The position numbers and the translations under genes are program-made. This document shows positions 19,928 to 28,063 of a stretch of 64,000 bases of DNA, one piece after another. Source of the DNA: Bacillales bacterium UBA2450. Its GTDB lineage: Bacteria; Bacillota_I; Bacilli_A; RFN20; CAG-826. How positions within the stretch are numbered: position 1 is the first letter of the stretch; the number at the start of each line of letters is the position of its first letter. The notes beneath the pieces are model-generated. The model was not told where the DNA came from. It worked only from the letters and a program-made list of their open reading frames with translations, and did no database searches. Where the stretch lies: positions 1,183-65,182 of the forward strand of contig DDQE01000036.1 of assembly GCA_002342545.1 (NCBI GenBank), in the 5' to 3' direction.

Positions 19928-20086
19928 ATGAAATACGTTTGTACTGCATGTGGATTCGTCTATGACGAAGATGAGGGATGCCCAGAAATGGGAATCGCTC
20001 CTGGAACTAAATTTGAAGATCTTCCAGAAGACTTTACTTGCCCATGGTGTGGCGTCGGTAAAGACATGTTTCAAAAATCTGAATAA
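19928..20086 (+). CDS. rub: Rubredoxin (52 aa; below the ORF-track cutoff)
   Basis: My translation is [52 protein letters not shown], with CxxCG...CPxCG motifs. Confidence 0.9.
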   Translation: MKYVCTACGFVYDEDEGCPEMGIAPGTKFEDLPEDFTCPWCGVGKDMFQKSE

Positions 20087-20104
20087 TCTAGGCTAACATA
20101 GAGG

Positions 20105-20129
20105 GAACGCTTAAAGCGTTCTTTTCTTT
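20105..20129 (+). terminator. Rho-independent terminator after rubredoxin
   Basis: GAACGCT-taa-AGCGTTC followed by a T-run. Confidence 0.75.
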
Positions 20130-20201
20130 TGCCCGATTTATTCTATTAATATTGTATCGAATTGTATTTTTTTGTATAATTTTGTTGAAAGGAAGAAAAG
20201 T

Positions 20202-20570
20202 ATGATCAAATGGTTTAATGTCAAAGACCGGAATGGCGTTGCTTCTTTAAATATAAATAGCATCGTTTTAAATACAACCGCTATGTATCCTTTTGATAGC
20301 GCGTATCGAGTGCAAGTGGGGATTGAAGATAAAAAAATTATTGTTAAGCCTCTAACAAAAGATGTAGTGGATTCTGGAATATTAGATGAATGTTGTTTAT
20401 TAAAATTAGAGATTCATAAGAGTTTTTCAAGAATTTCTTCAACTCAATTGATGAATCAAATTGCAGATGAATTATCGATCAAATTTGATAAAAAGCCGAT
20501 TAGATTTATTTCAAGTTGGGATAGCGTTAATAACTATTTGATAATTGATACTTCAAAGGAGGCTAATTGA
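20202..20570 (+). CDS. Hypothetical protein, first gene of the NfeD/SPFH operon
   Basis: ATG 20202 follows gaaaggaag. The track start at 20172 sits inside the TATAAT promoter box. No family recognised. Confidence 0.45.
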   Translation: MIKWFNVKDRNGVASLNINSIVLNTTAMYPFDSAYRVQVGIEDKKIIVKPLTKDVVDSGILDECCLLKLEIHKSFSRISSTQLMNQIADELSIKFDKKPIRFISSWDSVNNYLIIDTSKEAN

Positions 20571-20572
20571 TT

Positions 20573-21016
20573 ATGGAACAATATATGTGGATTATCTGGC
20601 TATCATTATTCGTTTTGATGATTATTATTGAAGCAAGTGGGCCAGCATTAATCTCAATTTGGTTTGCTTTTGGAGCATTAATATCATTAATCGTTTCAGT
20701 TATTCCTGGAGCGCCTTGGTGGTCAGAATTAATTATCTTTATCGTGATATCTATCTCCACCTTATTAGCGTTAAGACCAATATTTAAGAAGTATCTTAAA
20801 CGGAACACTGTTAGAACTAATATTGATAGCTTTATTGGTAAAAAAGGATATGTAATTGAAGATATTTCATTTCTTCGCCCAGGAGCTATTAAAATTGGAG
20901 ATATTAGTTGGACTGCGATACCAGCAAACGAAAAAGAAACAATCAAGGAAGATGAAATAGTTGAAGTAGTCTCCTTAAACGGAAACAAAGTTATTGTTAA
21001 GAAAGTCGAGGATTAA
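20573..21016 (+). CDS. NfeD-family membrane protein
   Basis: N-terminal TM helices plus a C-terminal OB-like domain, immediately upstream of the SPFH gene. AGGAGG lies 10 nt upstream. TTG 20567 is an alternative start. Confidence 0.7.
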   Translation: MEQYMWIIWLSLFVLMIIIEASGPALISIWFAFGALISLIVSVIPGAPWWSELIIFIVISISTLLALRPIFKKYLKRNTVRTNIDSFIGKKGYVIEDISFLRPGAIKIGDISWTAIPANEKETIKEDEIVEVVSLNGNKVIVKKVED

Positions 21017-21019
21017 AAT

Positions 21020-21946
21020 ATGATTGCGTTAATTGTTATCTTATCTATCTTAGGAGCGATTTTATTAATTGTTATTCTCAGCTCCATTAAAATTGTCAAA
21101 CAAACAGAAAAAGTGATCGTTGAAAGATTAGGTGCATATCGTACCACTTGGAATGTGGGTATTCATATGTTACTTCCATTTTTTGATCGTGTAGCGTTGC
21201 GTGTTTCAATGAAGGAACAAGTTAAGGATTTTGAACCACAATCAGTTATTACAAAAGATAATGTTACAATGGAAATTGATACGGTTGTCTTCTTTGTAGT
21301 TACAGATGCAAAATTATATGCTTATGGTGTAGAAGATCCTCTTAGTGCTATTAGTTATTTAAGTGCTACAACATTAAGAAACATTATTGGAGAACTTGCC
21401 CTTGATGAATGTTTGACTTCTAGAGAAATCATTAATGAAAAAATGAGAAAGATTCTTGATGAAGCAACTGATCCTTGGGGTATTAAAGTTAATCGTGTTG
21501 AAGTTAAAAATATTCTTCCACCAAAAGATATACGCGAAGCAATGGAAAAGCAAATGCGTGCTGAACGTGAAAAAAGAGAAAAAATACTTCTTGCTGAAGG
21601 TGAAAAACAATCCGCTATTTTAGTGGCTGAAGGCGAAAAACAATCTGCAATTTTAAAAGCTGAAGCTGATAAACAAATGACGATTCTACGTGCTGAGGGT
21701 GAAGCTGAAAGTTTAAGACAAGTCAAACAAGCTGAAGCAGACTCCATTAAAATGGTCAAACAAGCTGAAGCAGAAGGCTTGAAACTAATTAACGAATCTA
21801 AACCAAGTCAAGAAGCTTTACAACTAAGATACTACGAAGCCTTAACCAAAGTTGCAGACGGACAATCTACAAAAATCTTCCTACCAAGTGACGGACTAAA
21901 GATTGGTTCAATTGCTTCTATTGCTAAAGAAGTAAGTAAAGATTAA
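21020..21946 (+). CDS. SPFH/band-7 (stomatin/prohibitin-like) protein
   Basis: N-terminal TM helix, an SPFH core and an A/E/K-rich coiled coil with duplicated AEGEKQSAIL. Confidence 0.85.
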   Translation: MIALIVILSILGAILLIVILSSIKIVKQTEKVIVERLGAYRTTWNVGIHMLLPFFDRVALRVSMKEQVKDFEPQSVITKDNVTMEIDTVVFFVVTDAKLYAYGVEDPLSAISYLSATTLRNIIGELALDECLTSREIINEKMRKILDEATDPWGIKVNRVEVKNILPPKDIREAMEKQMRAEREKREKILLAEGEKQSAILVAEGEKQSAILKAEADKQMTILRAEGEAESLRQVKQAEADSIKMVKQAEAEGLKLINESKPSQEALQLRYYEALTKVADGQSTKIFLPSDGLKIGSIASIAKEVSKD

Positions 21947-21960
21947 TTATTAAATCATAT

Positions 21961-21986
21961 AACGCTCCTTGCGAGCGTTTTTCTTT
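21961..21986 (+). terminator. Rho-independent terminator
   Basis: AACGCTC-cttgc-GAGCGTT followed by a T-run. Confidence 0.75.
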
Positions 21987-22080
21987 TATATTTTTTTGAT
22001 TATCCCAAATATGTTTTAATAAAAAAGATTGTCTTTTAGTTTTGACTAATTATAATTGTAGCACTAGGAGGATGTAAGAC

Positions 22081-22761
22081 ATGAGTAATACAAGAAACAA
22101 GAAAATCATCTTATTAGCTTCTACAGGTCTAGTCACCTTATCAACCATGGCAGTTGTCTTATTAGGACAAAATGATGTGGAACTTATGCCATCAAAAGCG
22201 GCTGCTACTCCAGGAAGAGTAGTTACCGTTAATAAAGACAATCGTATCTTAAATTATTATGATGACGGAAACCAAAATTATGGTGGTGCAATTTTTCTAT
22301 TGGATGATAAATTAGCCTATGGCTATGTTGATGCTTTACAAAGCCAAAAAGACGTACATCAAAATAAAAATAATTGCGTTATTTGCTTATGGGGCGATTA
22401 TAATGCCGGATTTGGGTGTGCTTTCTATGTTAACATTGAAAGATTTTACAATGATGATGTATATTCTTTAGATGGACAACATGGAATTGATGTAGTTCCT
22501 TTTAGACATCTCACTGGAATAGATTTTACACTAGAAAAAGGAAGCGATCGTCTAACTACTTTAAGAGGTAAACATCCAGATCATACAACCGGAACAATGA
22601 CAACGATTGCGGATACAAACGATTATATGAAATATCATTGGACTCCTCAAGGCGGTTATCTTGATAGCGATTCAAATGCTTATTTCGAGCCAGACGAACC
22701 ATTCGGAACTGAACATAAAGCCTTATGGATCACAGAAATGACTTTCTATTACGATTGTTAA
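22081..22761 (+). CDS. Hypothetical secreted or membrane-anchored protein
   Basis: aggagg SD and an N-terminal hydrophobic signal/anchor (KKIILLASTGLVTLSTMAVVLLG). No family recognised. Confidence 0.5.
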   Translation: MSNTRNKKIILLASTGLVTLSTMAVVLLGQNDVELMPSKAAATPGRVVTVNKDNRILNYYDDGNQNYGGAIFLLDDKLAYGYVDALQSQKDVHQNKNNCVICLWGDYNAGFGCAFYVNIERFYNDDVYSLDGQHGIDVVPFRHLTGIDFTLEKGSDRLTTLRGKHPDHTTGTMTTIADTNDYMKYHWTPQGGYLDSDSNAYFEPDEPFGTEHKALWITEMTFYYDC

Positions 22762-22781
22762 TCAAATTAATCATAGAAATT

Positions 22782-22808
22782 AACGCTCCTCGTGAGCGTT
22801 TTTTTTCT
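22782..22808 (+). terminator. Rho-independent terminator, near-duplicate of the one at 21961
   Basis: AACGCTC-ctcgt-GAGCGTT followed by a T-run. Confidence 0.75.
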
Positions 22809-22822
22809 TGGAATTGAAAAAC

Positions 22823-22934
22823 TATAATTCGCCAAAAGTTGGTAAAAATAGTCATTTCTGGCGGATTATCCATATAAAAAATGCCTATAATTCGCCAAAA
22901 GTGGCTAAAAATAGTTGATTCTGGCGGATTATCC
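22823..22934 (+). repeat. Upstream 112-bp repeat made of two tandem 49-bp hairpin-capable units (22823-22871 and 22886-22934)
   Basis: Each unit reads TATAATTCGCCA-N26-27-TGGCGGATTATC. Unit 2 is identical over 49 bp to 24439-24487. Confidence 0.85.
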
Positions 22935-22961
22935 TGTTTTAATATATGTGAGGATTTAAAA

Positions 22962-24380
22962 ATGATTATCGGGAGAAAAAATCAAATTAATTTGCTTAAT
23001 CAAACACTTGAAAGCGATAAATCAGAATTTGTAGTAGTGTATGGAAGAAGAAGAGTTGGCAAAACTTTTTTGATTGATGAATTCTTTAATGGCAATTATG
23101 CCTTTTACGCTACTGGAGTTGTTGAAAGAAATCAAAAAAATCAACTAAAAGTATTTGAGCGTTTTTTATTGAAATATGGTCATAATAAGAATAAAACCCC
23201 ATCTGATTGGTACGAAGCTTTTGATTTGCTTATAAATATTCTCGAATCAGATAATGTTAATAGAGAAATTTCTAGCAACAAAAGAATTGTATTTTTGGAT
23301 GAGCTTCCATGGATGGATACTCCTAAATCGAATTTTAAATCTGCGCTTGATTATTTTTGGAATAGTTATGCATCTAAACACAAAGATATAGTGCTGATAG
23401 TCTGTGGATCGGCAACATCTTGGATTTTGAACAATTTATTAAATTCTAAAACCGGTTTTTACAACCGTGTAACTAAAAAGATTTTGTTGGAGCCTTTTAC
23501 ATTAAAAGAAACATATGAATATCTATTATCCAAGGGATTTCAATATACAAAACAAACTGTCATTGATGCTTATATGGTTTTTGGTGGTGTTCCATTTTAT
23601 TTAGAAATGTTGTCTCCAAGATTGTCATTAGATCAAAATATTGAGAAATTATGTTTTGAAGAAAAAGGCGATCTTCACTACGAATTAAATAATTTATTTA
23701 AATCTTTGTTTAAGAATCATAATAAACATTTGGAAGTGATTTTATCATTAAGCAAAGTTAAATCAGGAATAACCAGACAACAAATTATCGAAAAAACAAA
23801 GATAAATGGGCAAACATTGACTGATATTTTACTTGAGTTAGAGCAATGTTCTTTTATAAGAAAGTTCACCAATTTTACAATGCAAAAAAACGGTAGCTTT
23901 TATCAAATAATTGATCCGTTTATTTTGTTTTCTTTAAAATTTGATTTTGCAAATAAAAAGATTTCTTGGCTTTCATTTATAAATTCTTCTGATTATTATT
24001 CCTGGTGCGGATTGGCTTTTGAAAAAGTATGTTTAAATAACATCAATTCAATTAAGATGGCGCTCGGAATCTCTTCAATTGAAACAGAAGTTTTTTCTTG
24101 GAGAAGCAAGAATTCTGAAACCGGTGCACAAATTGACTTGGTTATTGATAGAGGTGATCGAACAATTAATATTTGTGAAATGAAGCATTCGATTTCTGCC
24201 TTTGAAATAGATAAAAAGTACGCTGAAAATCTATTGAATAAGAGAGCTGTTTTTATAAATGAAACTAAAACAAATAAATCTGTGCAAATTTCTTTGTTTA
24301 CTGTTAACGGACTAAAAAAGAACCAGTATTCAAATATAGTCCAAAACAGTTTTGATTGTGACTCTTTATTTTTAATATAA
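22962..24380 (+). CDS. AAA+ ATPase (Arch_ATPase/DUF234-type) with a C-terminal PD-(D/E)xK nuclease-like motif
   Basis: MIIGRKNQI start after a gagga SD, Walker A GRRRVGKT, Walker B IVFLDELPW, and C-terminal IDLVIDRGDRTINICEMK. The track start at 22881 reads through the repeat and is rejected. Confidence 0.75.
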   Translation: MIIGRKNQINLLNQTLESDKSEFVVVYGRRRVGKTFLIDEFFNGNYAFYATGVVERNQKNQLKVFERFLLKYGHNKNKTPSDWYEAFDLLINILESDNVNREISSNKRIVFLDELPWMDTPKSNFKSALDYFWNSYASKHKDIVLIVCGSATSWILNNLLNSKTGFYNRVTKKILLEPFTLKETYEYLLSKGFQYTKQTVIDAYMVFGGVPFYLEMLSPRLSLDQNIEKLCFEEKGDLHYELNNLFKSLFKNHNKHLEVILSLSKVKSGITRQQIIEKTKINGQTLTDILLELEQCSFIRKFTNFTMQKNGSFYQIIDPFILFSLKFDFANKKISWLSFINSSDYYSWCGLAFEKVCLNNINSIKMALGISSIETEVFSWRSKNSETGAQIDLVIDRGDRTINICEMKHSISAFEIDKKYAENLLNKRAVFINETKTNKSVQISLFTVNGLKKNQYSNIVQNSFDCDSLFLI

Positions 24381-24487
24381 TTCGCCAGAAGTACGCGGAA
24401 AATAATAGTTTTGGCGGATTATCTATATAAAAAATGCGTATAATTCGCCAAAAGTGGCTAAAAATAGTTGATTCTGGCGGATTATCC
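24376..24487 (+). repeat. Downstream 112-bp repeat made of two tandem units (24376-24424 and 24439-24487), in direct orientation to 22823-22934
   Basis: Same two-unit architecture and the same ATATAAAAAATGC linker. It overlaps the ATPase stop codon. Confidence 0.85.
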
Positions 24488-24554
24488 GTTTTAAAAATTT
24501 TTAATTGAATAAATTCTTTATTGGATTATAAATTGATAAATGTAATAATATCTA

Positions 24555-24765
24555 GCGAAGGAAAGAAATTTATTTCTTCTATTCTAAGAGAGCGTTACAT
24601 TGGTGCAATAACGTAATAGAGAATAAATGGGCCACTCCTTGTCGTGTGGGTAATGCCACCGTAAAGTTAACGAAATAACTATTAATTAAGTGTCTCTCCC
24701 AATTTGGAGAGGAAATAGGATGGTATCGCGGACTTGTTCGTTCCTAAAAGGAACGTTTTCTTATA
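24555..24765 (+). promoter_or_regulatory. T-box leader controlling alaS
   Basis: AGAGAG bulge at 24587-24592; distal loop GGTGCAA flanked by CGTTA/TAACG; T-box core AAATAGGATGGTATCGCGG at 24713-24731; terminator CGTTCCT-aaa-AGGAACG plus TTTT at 24739-24759. A possible GCC-A specifier at 24631-24634 is tentative. Confidence 0.75.
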
Positions 24766-24781
24766 TTTGGAGGAAAAAAAT

Positions 24782-27382
24782 ATGAAAAAGATGTCTTCAA
24801 GTGAAATTAGACAAATGTGGTTAGACTTCTTTAAAAGTAAAGGACACCACGTCGAACCAGGTAGTTCTTTAATTCCTAAAAATGATCCAACTTTACTTTG
24901 GATTAACGCTGGAGTTGCGGCTTTAAAGAAATATTTTGATGGTAGTGAAGTCCCACCAAGTAGAAGAATTACCAATGCTCAAAAATCAATTAGAACTAAC
25001 GATATTGAAAATGTGGGTGACGCCACTCACTTAACTTTCTTTGAAATGCTTGGTAATTTCTCTATTGGAGATTACTTTAGAAAAGAAGTTATCCCTTGGG
25101 CATGGGAGCTTCTAACTAGTGAAAAATGGTTTAACTTTCCAAAAGAAAAATTATATGTTACATATCATCCAGATGATTTAGAAACTAAAAAATGTTGGTT
25201 AGATGTTGGAGTCGAAGAATCTCATTTAATCAAAAAAGAAGATAACTTCTGGGAAATTGGAGAAGGGCCTTGTGGACCTGATACTGAAGTCCATTTTGAT
25301 CGTGGAGAAAAATTTGATCCAGAACATGTTGGAGTGAAATTACTAGAAGAAGATTTACCAAACTTTAGATATGTCGAAATTTGGAATATCGTTTTCTCTC
25401 AGTTCAATAGTGAAATTGGTAAGAAAAGAAGCGAATATAAAGAACTTCCAAGTAAAAACATCGATACTGGCGCGGGCTTAGAAAGATTTGCCTGTGTCAT
25501 TCAAGAGACTGATACAGCCTATGAAACCGATTTATTCTGGCCAATTATTAAAAAGACAGAAGAAATATCAAAAAAAGAATATTCCTCAAATAAACGCGCT
25601 TTTAGAGTGATTGCTGACCATATTAGAACCATTACCTTTGCTTTAGCAGATGGAGAAATGTTCTCTAACGAAGGTAGAGGCTACGTCTTACGTAGATTAC
25701 TCCGTAGAGCGGAAAGATATGGACACGTATTAGGAATAGATACTCATTTCTTACATAAACTTGTTCCAGTAGTAGCGGAGATTATGAAATCCTACTACCC
25801 ATATTTATTAGATAAACAAGAATTTATCTCTAAGATGGTGCAAGCTGAAGAAGAAAAATTCTTAAAGACACTTCAAAATGGTGAATCTTTACTTATGTCT
25901 TTAATTAAAGATAGTAAATCTTTATCTGGTAAAGACATGTTTAAACTCTATGACACATTTGGTTTCCCTAAAGAACTAACTTTAGAAATCTGTGAAGAAA
26001 ATGGTGTCACAGTCGATGAAAAAGAATTTGAAGAAGAAATGAATAAACAAAAAGAGCGAGCGAGAGCCGCTCGTGGTGATCAACAATCTATGAACAAACA
26101 ATCTATAGATTTAATGAATTTCAAAGAACGAAGTTCTTTCAATTATGAAAAAGCTGAATTAGAAAGCGAAGTTATTGGCTTATTTGTTAATGGAGAAAAA
26201 GTAGATTCATTATCTGGAGAAGGCGACTTAATCGTTAAAGAAACTCCATTCTACGCAGAAAGCGGAGGACAAGTTTCTGATATTGGCACTATCTCAAATA
26301 AATCTATGGAAGCAAAAGTTATTTCTGTTTCTAAAGCTCCTAATAAACAACATTTACATCATGTCACTGTTTTATTTGGAGAAATTAAAGTCGGCGATAA
26401 AGTTAATTTAAAAATTGACTCCTATAATCGTGAATTAATTAGAAGAAATCACTCTTCAGTCCATTTACTTCAAAGTGCTTTAACTGAAGTCCTTGGTGAT
26501 CACGTCGCTCAAAAAGGTAGTTATGTCTGTGCTGATTATATTCACTTTGACTTCTCGCACTTTAAAAAGATGAGTGAAGAAGAAATTGCCGAAGTGGAAA
26601 GAAAGGTTAATAGATGGATCTCTGAAGCAATTGAAGAAGAGACTAAAGTCTTATCCATTGACGAGGCTAAAAAGATTGGGGCAAAAGCCTTGTTTGATGA
26701 TAAATATGGAGACATCGTTAGAGTAGTTTGTTTTGGCGAGGTTTCTAAGGAATTCTGTGGTGGCACTCACGTTAGTAACACAAGAGATATTGGTGTCTTT
26801 GTCATTGAAAGTGAAGAATCAGTTGCTAGTGGAGTTAGACGTATTGTTTCTAGAACCTCCATTGGCGCTTATGAATTACTTAAAAAACGTGAAAATATGC
26901 TTGTACAAGCTAGAAATAGCTTAGGTGCAGGTTCAATTAGTGAAGTGAACATTAGACTTAACGCTTTATTAGTAGAGAAATCTGAACTTAAGAAAACTGT
27001 CGAATCATTAAGCCAAAAGCTCGCGAATGCGGAAAGTGCTTCATTAGATGGAGAATTTGTCTCTTGTAACGATAAAGAAGTATTAATTAAACACATCAAA
27101 GATGCGGATAGAAACGCCTTAGTATCTTTAGTTGATAAACTTAAAGTTACTCATAAAGATTCTGTGATTATCTTTGTCGGTGGCGGTAAAGATTCTATCC
27201 CTGTAGTTTGTAGTGTAAATGGTAACGCTCAAAAAGCTTATAGAGCAGGTGATTTAGTTAAGTCTGTTGCTACTATATTAGGAGGTTCTGGAGGAGGAAG
27301 ACCAGACTTCGCTAGCGGAGCAGGTAAAGACGCTACTAAGATTTCTGAAGCTTTAGAAGCCGCTAAAGGATTAGTGAAATAA
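24782..27382 (+). CDS. alaS: Alanine--tRNA ligase
   Basis: MKKMSSSEIRQMWLDFFKSKGH N-terminus, the editing-domain HSSVHLL...CGGTH motifs and a C-terminal DHHA1-like domain. Start at 24782 after ggagg. Confidence 0.95.
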   Translation: MKKMSSSEIRQMWLDFFKSKGHHVEPGSSLIPKNDPTLLWINAGVAALKKYFDGSEVPPSRRITNAQKSIRTNDIENVGDATHLTFFEMLGNFSIGDYFRKEVIPWAWELLTSEKWFNFPKEKLYVTYHPDDLETKKCWLDVGVEESHLIKKEDNFWEIGEGPCGPDTEVHFDRGEKFDPEHVGVKLLEEDLPNFRYVEIWNIVFSQFNSEIGKKRSEYKELPSKNIDTGAGLERFACVIQETDTAYETDLFWPIIKKTEEISKKEYSSNKRAFRVIADHIRTITFALADGEMFSNEGRGYVLRRLLRRAERYGHVLGIDTHFLHKLVPVVAEIMKSYYPYLLDKQEFISKMVQAEEEKFLKTLQNGESLLMSLIKDSKSLSGKDMFKLYDTFGFPKELTLEICEENGVTVDEKEFEEEMNKQKERARAARGDQQSMNKQSIDLMNFKERSSFNYEKAELESEVIGLFVNGEKVDSLSGEGDLIVKETPFYAESGGQVSDIGTISNKSMEAKVISVSKAPNKQHLHHVTVLFGEIKVGDKVNLKIDSYNRELIRRNHSSVHLLQSALTEVLGDHVAQKGSYVCADYIHFDFSHFKKMSEEEIAEVERKVNRWISEAIEEETKVLSIDEAKKIGAKALFDDKYGDIVRVVCFGEVSKEFCGGTHVSNTRDIGVFVIESEESVASGVRRIVSRTSIGAYELLKKRENMLVQARNSLGAGSISEVNIRLNALLVEKSELKKTVESLSQKLANAESASLDGEFVSCNDKEVLIKHIKDADRNALVSLVDKLKVTHKDSVIIFVGGGKDSIPVVCSVNGNAQKAYRAGDLVKSVATILGGSGGGRPDFASGAGKDATKISEALEAAKGLVK

Positions 27383-27804
27383 TGGAAAAATATCTTGGAC
27401 TAGATTTAGGAACAACTACCTTAGGTGTTGCTAGTAGTGATGTCTTAGGATTTGTACACGGAGTAGAGACCTTTAGATTTCCTAAAGAAGCTTATTCGCA
27501 AGCTAGAGACTATGTTCATAAGTTAGTGGAAAAAACCGGTGTTAAAAATTTAGTAATTGGTTTACCAATTAATATGGATGGAACTCAAGGCTTTAGAGCG
27601 GATTCTTCTAAAAGATTTAAAGAAGACCTTCTAAAAGAAGATCCAACTCTAAAAATTGAACTTGTGGATGAGCGCTTAACCACAGTGTCTGCGCATAAGA
27701 CACTTAACCAATTAAATGTTTCAGGACAGCAAAGAAAAGGTGCTGTTGATCGAATTGCGGCCTGTGAAATATTAGATTTCTATTTAAGAATGAAAGGAAG
27801 ATGA
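27382..27804 (+). CDS. ruvX: Pre-16S rRNA nuclease / Holliday junction resolvase-like YqgF
   Basis: YLGLDLGTTTLGVA N-terminus, immediately downstream of alaS as in Bacillus. Confidence 0.9.
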   Translation: MEKYLGLDLGTTTLGVASSDVLGFVHGVETFRFPKEAYSQARDYVHKLVEKTGVKNLVIGLPINMDGTQGFRADSSKRFKEDLLKEDPTLKIELVDERLTTVSAHKTLNQLNVSGQQRKGAVDRIAACEILDFYLRMKGR

Positions 27805-27808
27805 GCAA

Positions 27809-28063
27809 ATGATTGAAGATGAAAAACAAATAACTATCCGTGATGAAGAGGGAAATGAACATTTAATGGAAATTCTTTTCACCTATGAACACGATGAAAG
27901 AAAGAAAAAATACGTCTTCTTATATAATAAAGAAACCCCAGAAGACATAATGTGTATGGAATATAACGACAAAGGCGAATTATTTGAAATCGAATCTGAT
28001 GAAGAATATGAAGAAGTTGAAGAAGTCTTCAATGCCTTTATGGATGAAAACGCGGCCGATTAA
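27809..28063 (+). CDS. DUF1292 family protein
   Basis: Small acidic protein (ITIRDEEGNEH...YVFL...E) in the conserved position after ruvX. Confidence 0.75.
   Translation: MIEDEKQITIRDEEGNEHLMEILFTYEHDERKKKYVFLYNKETPEDIMCMEYNDKGELFEIESDEEYEEVEEVFNAFMDENAAD

Noticed and set aside
19676-20074. 132-aa minus-strand ORF spanning the flavodiiron C-terminus and the rubredoxin gene.
   Set aside because: The + strand encodes two unmistakable rubredoxin CxxC...CxxC modules over the same bases, so the antisense ORF is spurious.
21355-21759. Two overlapping minus-strand ORFs (134 aa and 78 aa), and the tandem AEGEKQSAIL duplication in the SPFH gene.
   Set aside because: The antisense ORFs come from the A/E/K-rich coiled-coil coding repeat. 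The 10-aa duplication is ordinary coiled-coil periodicity in SPFH proteins, not a separate repeat element.
22881-22961. N-terminal extension of the ATPase ORF (MPIIRQKWLKIVDSGGLSCFNICEDLK).
   Set aside because: The extension is simply the 49-bp repeat unit read in frame. A gagga SD and a family-typical MIIGRKNQI start occur at 22962.
22823-24487. The four 49-bp units considered as a mini CRISPR array, or as integron attC sites.
   Set aside because: There are only 2+2 copies. Within each pair the units are 14 bp apart, and a 1.4-kb gene separates the pairs. There are no cas genes. The units lack the attC R'/R'' GTTRRRY cores, and no intI is present in the window. They are kept as an unexplained cassette-flanking repeat instead.
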